A stretch of 64,000 nt of DNA from Eledone cirrhosa (Eukaryota). Numbering within the stretch: the stretch's first letter is position 1; each line of letters starts with the position of its first letter. The notes below the pieces were generated by a model. The model was given only the letters and a program-made list of their open reading frames with translations, was not told where the DNA came from and did not search any database. Location: NCBI GenBank assembly GCA_964016885.1, contig OZ024743.1, positions 24,428,001-24,492,000 on the forward strand, given 5' to 3'. The position numbers were made by a program, and so were the translations under genes. Shown piece by piece: positions 40,832 to 55,330 of the stretch.

Positions 40832-41290
40832 TAGCCGAATTACCCGCGCCTTGCTGCGTTTCACACATGTTTTTTGTGTAAGAAAATGATGATTGATTGT
40901 AATGATGTAATGCATGAAAAATTGGAAAACATTATTAGTTGTAATATATCAAATCAAAATTACATTATTAAATCTTATTCTTATTTTGTTTCTTGTAAAT
41001 AATGTTTTTCAAAATATCAATTGAAAACTTTTGTGAATAGGCATCATATCTTGTCATTTACCTATGGTTTAAATTTCATAGAAATCGAAGGGAAAATATT
41101 TTCAGCAGGGCTTTGTGCCCCCGGGTAACCCTTTGATTAAAATGAAATATACTTATCCAAGTACCCTGGGCAATGTAGTTTCAGAATATATATGGTTATG
41201 GGGGTCTATCTCCAAAATCATAAGAGTTCGTGAGCAAAGAAAGAAAGAAAGAAACAAACAAACAGACAGGAACTGCAGCTTTATATATAT
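40830..41290. mobile_element. Possible non-autonomous Helitron-like element
   Basis: Begins ACTAGCCGAATTACCCGCGC and ends with (ACAA/ACAG)n-GCTTTATATA, an architecture resembling insect non-autonomous Helitrons. Confidence 0.4.
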
Positions 41291-41651
41291 ATATATATAT
41301 ATATATTTATTTATTTATTTATTTATATTTATTTATTTATTTATTTATATATATATATATATAAAATATTAAACAAATAATGAACAAACAATTCCTTATA
41401 TTAAACAAAAAAAGTTCACTATTTAACGATCGTTTCTAGGGTATATATGTGCTATAATTGGTATGCATATTTAACAGATCTATGTACAAAATTATACAAA
41501 ATTTATCTTGACTCTGTATACCGTTTATCTTTCACCGAAATTGGATTTTCATTACATCTCTTCTTTCCTTCCATGATATCCGGAATACATTGAGTTCTTC
41601 ATACGGATTGGACACTACCGTAAACTCTTGGTAGATTTATCTACATATATA

Positions 41652-41732
<81 letters not shown>

Positions 41733-41855
41733 TATGCTACCGGAGCCGTGAGAAAGCAACACCAAAATACAGTCCAGAGCACATCAATGAATCGAAACAA
41801 CACCAGTGAGCTTTATTTCATTTTTTGTTTTTCTGTTTTTTTCTTTCAGATTCTA

Positions 41856-42031
41856 GCTATCTGATGAGGTCATAGCTGTTATCACCAAAATATATATAAC
41901 AGCGCCTATGAATAAACGGAGTTAATTTTAGCCTTTTGACTTGTACTTCATGTTTATAAATATACTCCGGAGTAAACAGACCCACCTGCGCACTTTATCG
42001 AGTACTCTACCCTGCATATTGAAGTATCGGT
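41856..42031 (+). mobile_element. Family D copy with decayed hammerhead (41856-41903)
   Basis: GCTAT-CTGATGA-GGT..ACC-AAAA-TATATATA/ACAGC, then AATAAA, shared tail and (TA)n. Confidence 0.65.
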
Positions 42032-42041
42032 GATATATATA

Positions 42042-42179
<138 letters not shown>

Positions 42180-42181
42180 CA

Positions 42182-42212
<31 letters not shown>

Positions 42213-42220
42213 TATATACA

Positions 42221-42265
<45 letters not shown>

Positions 42266-42267
42266 CA

Positions 42268-42314
<47 letters not shown>

Positions 42315-42333
42315 CATATTTATTTATATATAT

Positions 42334-42378
<45 letters not shown>

Positions 42379-42492
42379 CATATTTATTTATTTATATATA
42401 TATTATATATATATTATATAATCAGGAAAGAAGAGTGACATGGTTTGCTATACAAAAAAGGTTTTTAATCTATAACAATAATCTGTTATCCC

Positions 42493-42529
<37 letters not shown>

Positions 42530-42632
42530 GATATACATATGTATATATACATCTATATGTGCATAAATAAATACATACATACATGCATAGATACATACAT
42601 ATAACACAGATACACACATGCACATCTATATT

Positions 42633-42832
42633 NNNNNNNNNNNNNNNNNNNNNNNNNNNNNNNNNNNNNNNNNNNNNNNNNNNNNNNNNNNNNNNNNNNN
42701 NNNNNNNNNNNNNNNNNNNNNNNNNNNNNNNNNNNNNNNNNNNNNNNNNNNNNNNNNNNNNNNNNNNNNNNNNNNNNNNNNNNNNNNNNNNNNNNNNNNN
42801 NNNNNNNNNNNNNNNNNNNNNNNNNNNNNNNN
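42633..42832. other. Assembly gap (200 N)
   Basis: Run of N. Confidence 0.99.
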
Positions 42833-42897
42833 CTGTAAAGGGACGTAACTATGCTAGAAAGCATGGCGTCCAACCCTCTACCGATACTGCAAATTCA
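42833..42897 (-). mobile_element. SINE family 1 head, cut by the gap
   Basis: Reverse complement of the SINE 5' region. Confidence 0.7.
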
Positions 42898-43808
42898 ATA
42901 ATGTATCCTCAAACCACAGGCCCCATCCGAATGTTTGCATCAGAATGTTTTCCGCTGAGTTTACTACCGATTTGGACTCAACATGCAAACACCCGACACA
43001 AGTACCGCAAAACAACCTATCCGACACTCTAACAACTCCGCCAATCCACCAACCAACTTGGACTGGTATTTTATTTATCGACACCGTGAGAAGAAAAGAC
43101 TAATTTGTCTTAAATGAAGAAAATTAATGTGTCGAAGCAGAAACTGAGAGAGTGATACTGACTCTGATAGCCTAAAGTTTAGTTTTATATACGGCATTAA
43201 ACAAAATTGTTAAATAAAGAATCGATTATTTATATTTTCTTATAGAAGAACTAGGAAAACAACTAACACACACTCGGAACATCAGAACATCAGCGACATC
43301 AGTCTCACTAGTCTCAGTAGGCCTGAAAAGGTCATTCATGGGCACTGACTGCTTCTTCTTACCCACCTAGTAAAAACAGTCTCACTTTTTTTCACTCCAT
43401 TTTCTTCCTCTCTCCCTCAGCCACAAACATTTTTTTAAAAATCTTTTCTCTCTCTTCTTTCAATACACAAATGCAGGAAAGAACTACACACACACACACA
43501 CACACATGTACAACGACACAAATACACGCATACACATACACAGACAGACATCAACCACACATATTCACAGAAACAGTCATTTAAACGTGTAATATGTCCT
43601 ATTACGATTGCTCTCACAAACACATTCTTATAATTTGCCCCCCCCCCTCTCTCTCTCTCTCTCCCTCTCCCTAAATCTCGTTCTTTCTCTTTCTCTCTCT
43701 CAACTCAACTGATATCACTACCTTTTCAACACTCTCACATAAATACATCTATGTATATTGATGTACACACGCATGTATATATACACATAAACACACACAC
43801 TCACACTC

Positions 43809-43843
<35 letters not shown>

Positions 43844-43847
43844 AGTG

Positions 43848-43880
<33 letters not shown>

Positions 43881-44073
43881 TGTATGTATGAATACTGTTT
43901 CTTCCCCCCCCCCTCTCTCTCTCCAAGTTCTCTACATCTACTACGTTTCCTCTACCGCCCTTCTCTTTATACACACGCATACACAACGCACACCCACACG
44001 GAGCCACACACTTACGTGTATATACATACATAGGCAATTGTATGTGTACACACACACACACATATACACACAT

Positions 44074-44106
<33 letters not shown>

Positions 44107-44168
44107 CATATAGGTGAGTGTGTGTGTGTGTGTGTGTGTCTGTGTGTGCGTACACACATACACACACG

Positions 44169-44200
<32 letters not shown>

Positions 44201-44714
44201 CATATAGGTGTGTGTGTGTGTTTGTGTATGTGTGTGTGTGTATCTGTTTTCAATTTTGACTTTTATGTGTTTATCTATTAATTTATTTATTCTTCAGTTA
44301 TTGTCTCTTCTTCAGTTTAGTACCAGTTGGATTGCCAGTGGAGGGCCCCAGCAGCTCATTATTCTTTCTGTTTCATTAAACAACTATAGAAAAGAGCATG
44401 AAATAAACACAAATAGAATATGGTATGGGGGTGTCCTGGCGGAGAGGCTAGGGAATGGGGTGCACAAACCCGTGAATGAACGAGCGAACCAGGCAAATCT
44501 ATCGTTAGCCAACCACTTCCCAAGCCATTTACTTTCTCTTCTTCTTCTTCTTCTTCTTCTTCTTCTTCTTCTTCTTCTTCTTCTTCTTCTTCTTCTTCTT
44601 CTTCTTCTCCTCCTTCCTTTCTGTCCTAACCTGTCTTCACTACACCTCACTCACCCTCTTTCACTCACCCTTCATCAACAACACGCCCACCGACCCGCCA
44701 TGTATATTAACTAT

Positions 44715-46860
44715 TGCAGCCACCGCCAATACTACTGCCATCGCCACTAACACTGCCACCAACACTATCACCCCTACCACAACAATCACCACCAGCACAA
44801 CAACAACAACAACACCTACCACAACCACCGTAACAACAACAACAACTACCACCACCGTAACAACAACAACTACAACCACAACCACAGTAACAACAACCAC
44901 CACCACAACCACCACAACCACCGTAACAACAACAACCACCACCACAACCACCACAACCACCACAACCACCACAACCACTGTAACAACAACAACAACAACA
45001 ACAACCACCACTACTGTAACAACAACAACCACCACCACCGTAACAACAACAACCACCACCACCACCACAACCACCACAACCACTGTAACAACAACAACCA
45101 CCACCACAACCACCACAACCACTGTAACAACAACAACCACCACCGTAACAACAACAACCACCAACACCGTAACAACAACAACCACCACCACAACCACCAC
45201 AACCACTGTAACAACAACAACCACCACCGTAACAACAACAACCACCACCACAACCACCACAACCACTGTAACAACAACCACCACCACCACCACAACCACC
45301 ACAACCACCGTAACAACAACAACCACCACCACCGTAACAACAACAACCACCACCACCGTAACAACAACAACCACCACCACAACCACCACCACCACCGTAA
45401 CAACAACAACCACCACCACCGTAACAACAACAACAACCACCACCACCGTAACAACAACAACCACCACCACTGTAACAACAACAACCACCACCACCGTAAC
45501 AACAACAACCACCACCACTGTAACAACAACAACCACCACCACCGTAACAACAACAACAACCACCACCACCGTAACAACAACAACCACCACCACAACCACC
45601 GTAACAATAACAACCACCACCACAACCACCACAACCACTGTAACAACAACAACCACCACCACTGTAACAACAACAACCACCAACACCGTAACAACAACAA
45701 CAACAACAACAACCATAATCACCACAACCACTGTAACAACAACAACCACCACAACCACCATAACCACCATAACAACAACAACAACAACAACAACAACAAC
45801 CACCACCACAATCACCACAACCACTGTAACAACAACAACCACCATCGAGGCCACCATATACATTACTGCCACTACCATCAACATCACACCTATCATGGCC
45901 ACCACCTACAACATTGCCACTACCAACATCACCGCAGCCGTCGCCACCTCCACCAACACTAACACCACTAACACCACTACACCACCACTACCATCATCAA
46001 TACCACTACTACCACCACCACCACTAACACCACTAACCCACTAGCATCATCAATACCACTACCACCACCAGCACCACTAATACCACCAGCACCACTAACA
46101 CCACTAACACCACTACCATCATCAATACCACTACCAGCACCTGCACCACTACCACCACCAGCACCACCACCAGCACCAGCACCACTACCACCTACCACCA
46201 CCAGCACCACTACTATCACCAGCACCACTACCATCACCAGCACCACTACCACCACCAGCACCACTACCACCACCAGCACCACTACTATCACCAGCACCAC
46301 CAGCACCACTACCACCACCAGCACCACTACCATCACCAGCACCACTACCAGCACCAGCACCACTACCACCACCAGCACCAGCACCACTACCATCACCAGC
46401 ACCACTACCACCACCAGCACCACTACCACCACCAGCACCACTACTATCACCAGCACCACCAGCACCACTACCACCACCAGCACCACTACCATCACCAGCA
46501 CCACTACCACCACCAGCACCACTACCATCACCAGCACCACTACCATCACCAGCACCACTACCACCACCAGCACCACTACCACCACCAGCACCACTACTAT
46601 CACCAGCACCACCAGCACCACTACCACCACCAGCACCACTACCATCACCAGCACCACTACCACCACCAGCACCACTACGATCACCTGCACCACTACCACC
46701 ACCAGCACCACTACCACCATCAGCACCATTACCATCATCAATACCACTACTACCACCAGCACCACTATCATCATCAGTACCACTACCACCACCAGCACCA
46801 GTACTAATAGCCATACCCCACCACTACCACCACAAGCACTACCATCACCAATACCACCAC
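44715..46860. repeat. (ACC/ACA/GTA)n trinucleotide array followed by an ~18-bp CCAGCACCACTACCAYCA minisatellite
   Basis: Phased trinucleotide repeats with higher-order units. Confidence 0.9.
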
Positions 46861-47009
46861 CATGTTACTCAGCTCCATGCCACATCACACCGTAGCAAAA
46901 ACCCACCAACACACCATACAGAATTACAATGTGTAGCATCCACTCCACAATGTCACATCACATCACACCAAACACCAAACCATGCCACCATTATTTTTTC
47001 AAATCCTGC

Positions 47010-47130
47010 CATGAGTTCAAATCCCACCGAGGTTAACTTTGCCTTTCATTCTTACGGGGTCGATAAAATAAAGTACCAGTAATGTACTGTGATAATTGCT
47101 GGCCTTGTGCCAAAAGTAGAAACAATTATT
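47010..47130 (+). mobile_element. SINE family 1, 5'-truncated
   Basis: B-box, core and tail. Confidence 0.8.
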
Positions 47131-47389
47131 TTTACCTCGCTGCACCACGCCATGTCAAAATACACCATACGAATCACCACCATACCACCTCCAACACCAC
47201 TACTACCTCGCCACAACATCACACACCAGTTTAATCCCTACCACCGTCACGTCGGTACACACCACACCATACAAACACAACCGTCACGCCAAACTACGAT
47301 ACAACATACAAAAAATTCAACATGGTACCACATTTTTACGAAGCACCACAAGACACCACGTGGTAACGAAAACCCGTTACATACGTTAA

Positions 47390-47697
47390 GGGCCGGGACG
47401 TAATGGTTAAGCTGTTCGTCTTAGGATCGTAAGGTCGTGAGTTCTATTCCCAGCGGTGTGTTGCCTTCTTCAACAACGTACTTCATTTCACGCTGTTACT
47501 GTCCACTAGCTGACAAAAATAAGTTGTACCCGTAGTTAAAAGGGACAGACAGTCTTGTCACACACTCTGTCATACTGAATCTCCCTGAGAACTTCGTTAA
47601 ACATACACGTGTCTGTTGAATGGTCAGCACGGTAATTTTGAGAGCAGGCTGATCAAATTAAATGGAACACTCGTTGTCAGAACCGACGGAGGTCTAA
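47390..47697 (+). mobile_element. tRNA-derived SINE, family 2
   Basis: tRNA-like head (TAATGGTTAAG..GAGTTCTATTCC) and ACTTCATTTCACGCTG shared with the copy at 24172. Confidence 0.55.
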
Positions 47698-47799
47698 CGC
47701 AGAGTAACTCAACAGCTAGGGCTTCCCATGCCAAAGTCCGCTGTGTATCATGCTACACAGAGTCACTACAGCATACGGAGCGCCAAATGAGACTATACG

Positions 47800-47886
<87 letters not shown>

Positions 47887-48389
47887 ACACACACGTGTGC
47901 TCATGTTCGTTTTGGGAATGTTCAAAGTGTTTTGCAAATCTTCACTTTAACAGTTTACCATAAAGGTTCACGTTTTCCACAAGTTTAGGCGAGATTCTCA
48001 CATCAGCTCTTCTGCTGCCCTCGTTCCATAAAACAATATCAGGCGTATTATCTTTGCATTAGATTCATTCTTTGTCCCACCATTATTCATGATCTTTAAA
48101 AGTGTAGTTATATCCTGTTCAGGTTTACTTTTGTATAGAATTCAGAACAATCCTTCGTACAAATATAATTGTCAATAATTATGGAGACATCTGCTAATGA
48201 TGTTAGGGATATATGTTTCACAATCTTTTCCACTAGAATATTTGTTTTTCAAGTGAATTTTATTGCGATCATTTTTTTTATTTACAGAATAATCATTTAC
48301 GGTAAATAAATATACATATACACCAGGTCCGAATACAATGGAGTCAGACTCCCACTGTCACTGCCTCTGTCTTTCCCGCTCTCCATCTC

Positions 48390-48610
48390 TCACTATTATG
48401 AGCAAATGGGGGTCACGAGCTGGCCGCCCCGCGACCCCGGTGGACAGAGTAGAGAAGGCGTTTCCCTCGAGAATAGTGAGGGAAACGTGCTGGAAGAGCC
48501 ATTCCAACTCGAGAGGCTTGCACCTGCAGGTAGCCAACTCTGTGCCGATTGTGGTGAGTAGGGGTGGTCCTAGGACCAAGGACACCAGAAGTCTCTACTG
48601 CTACATGGTA
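48390..48610 (-). pseudogene. 3' fragment of an RLE-type (CRE-like) non-LTR retrotransposon
   Basis: VAVETSGVLGP and, after a frameshift, WLFQHVSLTILEGNA resemble the C-terminal restriction-like endonuclease motifs (AVETxG..FQRxSxAIQRGNA). Confidence 0.65.
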
Positions 48611-49544
48611 AAAGATATTTTCTAACACATGAATATTGATCAGGTATTTGAGAGATATCATTTATTCATGGATAGGAAAGAGATAGTCTTTAGGTGAGAT
48701 GTAACGTATCTACCAAGGTGAGATTACTCTTCTCAATCTTCTTAGTATCTGCCAACTTGTGGAATATGTATAACATATGCTACTGTAAGTGTGACTCCTC
48801 CAAGTTTCCTTTTAAGAAATTTTGTCCAGCTACCTTTCTCACATGGAACTCTGAGTACTTATTCAGGAGTTCTTCATGAATTCACAAAATGTTATTTCCA
48901 GTTTAATACATATGAAACTTTCTTTTCTTTGCTTCTTTCTTTCGGTATTGTTTCCTATCTTTTTCAGTTTTTTTTTCGTATTCTACTTGTTTTCTTACCC
49001 TTCCAACACTTGTTTTTGTGTTTTGTTGTTGTTGTTGATGATGTTGTTGTTGCTGTCGTTGATGATGATGATCTTCTTCTTCTTCTTCTTCTTCTTCTTC
49101 TTCTTCTTCTTCTTCTTCTTCTTCTTCTTCTTCTTCTTCTTCTTCTTCATTACTCTTGATTCCCTTTATTATCCACTAGGAGTTTTCTGAGTAGGCTTAC
49201 CAAAAGCCATTTGCACTAACATTATGCTACTGTCCCCTCTGTTGGTCTAACATATATCCTATCAGTCCTACTGTTGATTTGGAAGTCCTTAGTCTCGATG
49301 GCCATTGAAGATAGGAAAGATAGACAGACCATAGAAATCCATTTTCCTTGTCTGATAGATTGACCACCATATATGAACACTTACCCTGATTAATCTCCAT
49401 TCTTAAATTCTGTGACAATATTGAGACCAGCTCTGTCTCCTGCTGCTGTGAATATTACCTGATTACAGAAGTAGCTTCAGTAGTTATTGATAGCTGCTTG
49501 GACTATGTTATAAGCAGTCTATTAACTGCATTGCCTTGTCCTGA

Positions 49545-49860
49545 TGCAATCGTGTGCGAGACGAGGAAATTTTGCGGAGGGCCGAGTCATGGACTCTTTG
49601 GAGGGTGGTCACGGAGCGCCGGTGCCGCTTGGCTGGCCATATTCTGCACTTGCCCAACGAACGACACTCGAAAACGGCGATGAACTGGCAGCAAACGGAA
49701 ATGGGGTCGCCCAAGGATCACCTGGCGACGAACGTTCCCAAAAAACCTCTTGACAGTCAACATTACTTGGCACAGACGCGAAAAAGCCGCCGTTGATCGT
49801 GATCGTTGGCGACTACTTACTGCTCGATACACCAAAAGGTGCGGAAGAACCACAGACTAA
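49545..49860 (+). pseudogene. 3' fragment of an RTE-clade LINE
   Basis: EEILRRA..RRCRLAGHILHLPNERHSKTAMNW resembles the RTE C-terminus. Confidence 0.7.
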
Positions 49861-50603
49861 GAGATAGCAGATGAACTGTTGCTAAGGCGATAGTGACTCT
49901 GCTAACCGTTAAACACTTATAGTCTATTGTACAGTTAGTAAACTTCGGCAATGCTTCTTCTTTACCTTACGGATATTTTTGTTGATGAGGAACTGTTCAG
50001 AATCGCCTCGTTGTTTGTTTCCAGTGATTTGGGACAAACAGATTTAAGCAGCGACTACACACCTTATATACAATATTTAGGTATGCTATTACCTGTAAGT
50101 TTTGTCCCATTTGATGACGATGATGCATCATCTTAGAAAAGTGTATTATAACATAGCTTGGTATCGATAGAGACTCTATGAGTAAATTCGGAGTGCTAAA
50201 ATGTGTAAAGACTGCACTGGTACTGCATTAGACTGCACTTGACGAAGGACTCGCTAGTAATTCAAAAGTGTAGTCTTGTCACATTATATCATGTTGATTC
50301 AACTTGTGGATTATTTTAAGAGTGAATATTCCTGTCGAATACTCAGCCACTGCGAACACTTTTTCAATAAGTCGTTCAGTTGATCAAGCAACTGGATGCC
50401 CATACATAAGATGCTCGCGACAGGAGAGACCATCATATGTGATACACATGTATGTGTGTTTGTCTGTTTGTGCGTGTATGTGTATGTGTATGCATGCGTG
50501 TATGCGTACCTACGAGTCTGTGTGCTGTGTATCTTTGTTATGTATGTGTGTGTATATATGTGTATGTTTGTACATATGTGTGTGTATGTTTGTATATATA
50601 TAC

Positions 50604-50670
<67 letters not shown>

Positions 50671-50897
50671 AACGGTAGCACCAACACCATCACCATCAGC
50701 ATCACCATCAGTGTGCGTCAGTAAATCAGTTTACTCTGTCCATTCTTTATTCAAGGTTACTAAAGCAAATCTAATGATTTGAAGAAAAGGCCTTTACTAT
50801 TCTTCCCTATGGCATTATCAGTAAACTACAACTTTCCTATTGTGTTTTTGTGTTCCTATACATTTACACACACACATATATATATATGTGTGTGTGT

Positions 50898-50933
<36 letters not shown>

Positions 50934-50971
50934 ACATATACAATTATACATTCTTACAGACATAATCTCAA

Positions 50972-51027
<56 letters not shown>

Positions 51028-51044
51028 TCATACATATATATATA

Positions 51045-51187
51045 TAACGAAGGAAATGTGGTAAGGAACCAGGTGGACCATAACGCACCAAAGTACTCAA
51101 TACTTAGGGTAGTAGAGTGGGTAATAATAGGAACGAGCATTACCCCGACGGCTTGAGCTCAGCCGTCGAGGTCCTACTCGTTCCTAT
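51045..51187 (-). mobile_element. Fold-back element family C, third copy
   Basis: Reverse-complement tail plus hairpin ATAGGAACGAG..CTCGTTCCTAT; TA runs on both sides. Confidence 0.75.
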
Positions 51188-51212
51188 ATATATATATATA
51201 TATATATATATA

Positions 51213-51280
<68 letters not shown>

Positions 51281-51288
51281 AGGATATA

Positions 51289-51336
<48 letters not shown>

Positions 51337-51351
51337 TGTGTGTGTATGTTA

Positions 51352-51411
<60 letters not shown>

Positions 51412-51739
51412 TAACATAGGACCCATCAAAATTACGTTGTTTATATGAAAAAAAAAGATTAATTCAATAATTTCTTGATTACATTTTACGTAAAGATGCT
51501 CGAATCCTCGAATATCCTTGACCTTCTTCCTGCCACTCCGGTCAATACCATATTACATTTTATATTCATTTAAATCAATTACAATATTTTTTCCGCACAT
51601 TCTTTAATCATTATCAAACATATACCCACTAAATTGTGATGACTTTGTTCTATTTCTGTATCTGTCTATCTACTCTCGGGCCGCTATTGGGATTCTTGTT
51701 TCATTGTTGTTCTTGCTCAAAGAGGAATGCATTGGTAAG

Positions 51740-51861
<122 letters not shown>

Positions 51862-52109
51862 GGGAGAGAGAGGGAGAGAGAGAGAGAGAGAGAGAGATGT
51901 GGATAGGCAAACAGACATATGACTGCATTTCTAATGAAATACACTCTATACTGTTTTAATAATTCACTGTTTTATAAAGAGACATCACTGACATTTTTGT
52001 TATTAGTGTAATAATAAAAATGTCTCTTTATAAAACGTTGGGTTATTAAACTATACCAACCAATAGTGAAATCGTTCTTCTCTTTTTTCAAACACAGACA
52101 CACCCTTTT

Positions 52110-52850
52110 ACAGTCTCACGAGACTATCGTTCCTATAATAAGCACAATACCTTCTAGTCGTAACATAAAATTCTATGTGTACCTAATATGGCTTAATTGC
52201 TGTAAGTTATTGTTTTCTCTCTTCTTTTACTCCACAACAGCACTTTGGTTTCTGTCAGGCGCTCTGACCACGGGTGGAGCCGCAGTACCATCGGTAGGGC
52301 TCGAAACTGCCAAAGTCCATCTCGGCGGCTGAAGACCTTGGAATTTTGTGTCTTTCGTTTGACTTTTTATTTTCAAAAAATACTTTTGTAAGCCTACCCC
52401 TTTAAAAGAGTTTTTATTGCTATGACTTGCTTTCGCCCGTTGTCTTGTCTTTGTTAGTTTTAATAATTTTGTATTACTAATATGTGATAAATGTGTTCTG
52501 GTTTCTCCCCACAATAATTTCAAGGGATTACATTTCTCAACACGATATCTTACTTTCTTCTTCTTGTCATGTTTACCCTTCTTTTTTCTTTTTTCTTTTT
52601 TCTTTTTTCTTTCTTTACCTTCCTCTTTTAGACTCACGAGACTATCATTGCTATAAATACCGCAATACCTTCTCGTAGTCGTCACTTAAAATTAAAGTTT
52701 TTGTTTCGTCTTGTCTTTTACTTCACGTTCACGGACAACCATTTGGCTTGTGTTAGGCGCTGTGACACCGGGTAGACAAACAGTACCGTCGGTAGGGGTC
52801 GAAACTGTCATGGTCCATCTCGACAGCTGAAGACATTGGAGTTTATGACA
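52110..52850. repeat. Diverged ~500-bp tandem duplication with a conserved ~110-bp block
   Basis: 52230-52345 resembles 52735-52845; 52110-52172 resembles 52630-52692. Confidence 0.65.
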
Positions 52851-52943
52851 TTCGTTTGTAATTTCATTTTCTAAAAGGATTTTTCGTTCTACCTTGTTTT
52901 CTATCATTGTCTTCTCTTAGTTGATTTCACAGATTTTATTAGG

Positions 52944-53002
<59 letters not shown>

Positions 53003-53102
53003 AATAAAATCTGTGACAGTAGCACTAAGACAGCGTTTTAGCATAATCCATTTATTGTTAATTCTATATAGAAGTGACACAACTTGGGAATCTACATATT
53101 AA

Positions 53103-53142
<40 letters not shown>

Positions 53143-53769
53143 ATGACACGCCTTCTATCATTCTCTTGTGTCTGTCTCTCTCTCACTCTCTCTCTCATTC
53201 TCTCTCCCTCTCTCACTCTCTCTCACTCTCTCTCTCTCTCTATCTCACTCCCTCTCTCTCCCTCTCCCTCTCCCTCATATCCCCTCTCTCACTCTTTCTC
53301 TCTCCCTCTCTCTCCCTCTCTCTCCCTCTCTCTCCCGCTCTCTCCCTCTCTCCTTATCTCATTCTCTCTCTCACTCTCTCTCTCTCCCTATCTCCCTCTC
53401 TCCTTCTCTCACACTCTCTCTCCCCACTCTCTCTCTTCATTCCTATTTTATATCTCTTATTTATTGACCTTACCTGCTACTATCTCACTCTCTCTCTCTC
53501 TATTTATTCCTCCCTCAATATCACACTGGATCTCTTCCTCTCTCTTTCCCTCTCCCCCTCTTCCTCTTTATCCCATTATATCTCCCCCTCTTCATCTCTC
53601 CCCCGTCACCTTCTCTCAGTCTTTCTTGTGTCACCCTTCTTCCAATGTCCTTTCTTTTATTCTTTATACTCTCACTTTTCTATCTTCGATCATGAGCAGT
53701 TTCTGGTGATTAGTCGAAATATTCCAAATCGAATGGATTCTTTTTATCGATGAATAGAACGAATAAATA

Positions 53770-54635
53770 ACAACTGCAACAACAACAACAATCTCAACAT
53801 CATCATCATCAACAACAACAACAACAACAGTAACAACAACAACAACAACAATAACAACAACAACAACAATAACAACAACAACAGTAACAACAACAACAGT
53901 AACAACAACAACAACAACAATAACAACAACAACAGTAACAACAACAACAACAACAGTAACAACAACAACAACAACAACAATAACAACAACAACAACAACA
54001 ATAACAACAACAACAGTAACAACAACAACAACAACAGTAACAACAACAACAATAACAACAACAATAACAACAACAACAACAGTAACAACAACAACAATAA
54101 TAACAACAACAACAACAGTAACAGCAACAACAACAACAGTAACAACAACAACAACAACATTAACAACAACAACATTAACAACAACAATAACAACAACAAT
54201 AACAATAACAACAACAACAACAGTAACAACAACAGTAACAACAACAACAATAACAACAACAATAACAACAACAATAACAATAACAACAACAACAACAGTA
54301 ACAACAACAACAACAACAACAACAGTAACAACAATAACAACAACAATAACAACAACAATAACAATAACAACAACAATAACAATAACAACAACAACAACAG
54401 TAACAACAACAACAATAACAACAACAATAACAATAACAACAACAACAACAGTAACAACAACAGTAACAACAACAACAATAACAACAACAATAACAACAAC
54501 AATAACAATAACAACAACAACAACAGTAACAACAACAACAACAACAACAGTAACAACAATAACAACAACAATAACAACAACAATAACAATAACAACAACA
54601 ACAACAACAACAGTAACAACAACAGTAACAACAAG
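53770..54635. repeat. (ACA)n trinucleotide array with ATA/GTA interruptions
   Basis: Directly visible in the sequence. Confidence 0.95.
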
Positions 54636-54866
54636 AGCAGCAGTAAGAATCACTACAACAATTATGATGATGATAAAGACGATGTTAGTGATAATGGGAA
54701 TGATGGGAATGGGGAGAATGAGAGGGATGTGGTGCAGGAGGAGAAGGAGGGGAGGGGGAGGAGGGGGAGGAAGAGTTGAGGGGGGATAACTACAGGCACA
54801 GGAGATGGAAGGAAGAAAAGACGAAAGACAAAGAAGAAGAAGAAGAAGAAGAAGAAGAAGAAGAAG

Positions 54867-54909
<43 letters not shown>

Positions 54910-55330
54910 CAAATAACAATAAAAACAAAAGCAACAACAACAAAAAACAGCAACAACAACGAACACATAAACAAGTGTTGGAGGGGCAAGAACCAAGTGT
55001 AAAGAAGAAGAAGAAGAAGAAGAAGAAGAAGAAGAGCGACGACGACGTCGACAACAACAACAACATCAACAACAAAACAAATGGGGTACGGAAAAGAAAA
55101 CTGAGAAAAACCGAAAACGATACTGAGAGAAACAAAAAGAAAAGGAAAAGTTTAATTGTGAAAGAGAAGGAGAAACATTGAAAGGGGAAGAGAGATTAGA
55201 GTGAGAGGAAGGAGAGAGAAGAGTGAGAGGAAGGAGAGAGAAGAGTGAGAGGAAAGAATGTAAAAAGTAAAATACGAAGTATTGAAATAGAAAGGAAGAT
55301 AGATAGATAACAAGAAAGAAAGATAGATAA

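Noticed and set aside
44661-46814. Val/Thr-rich and Gly-Ser-Ala silk-like ORFs
   Set aside because: Open in several frames on both strands because of trinucleotide periodicity; no signal peptide or unique domain seen
53664-54989. Poly-Leu/Val or mucin-like ORFs
   Set aside because: (ACA)n microsatellite
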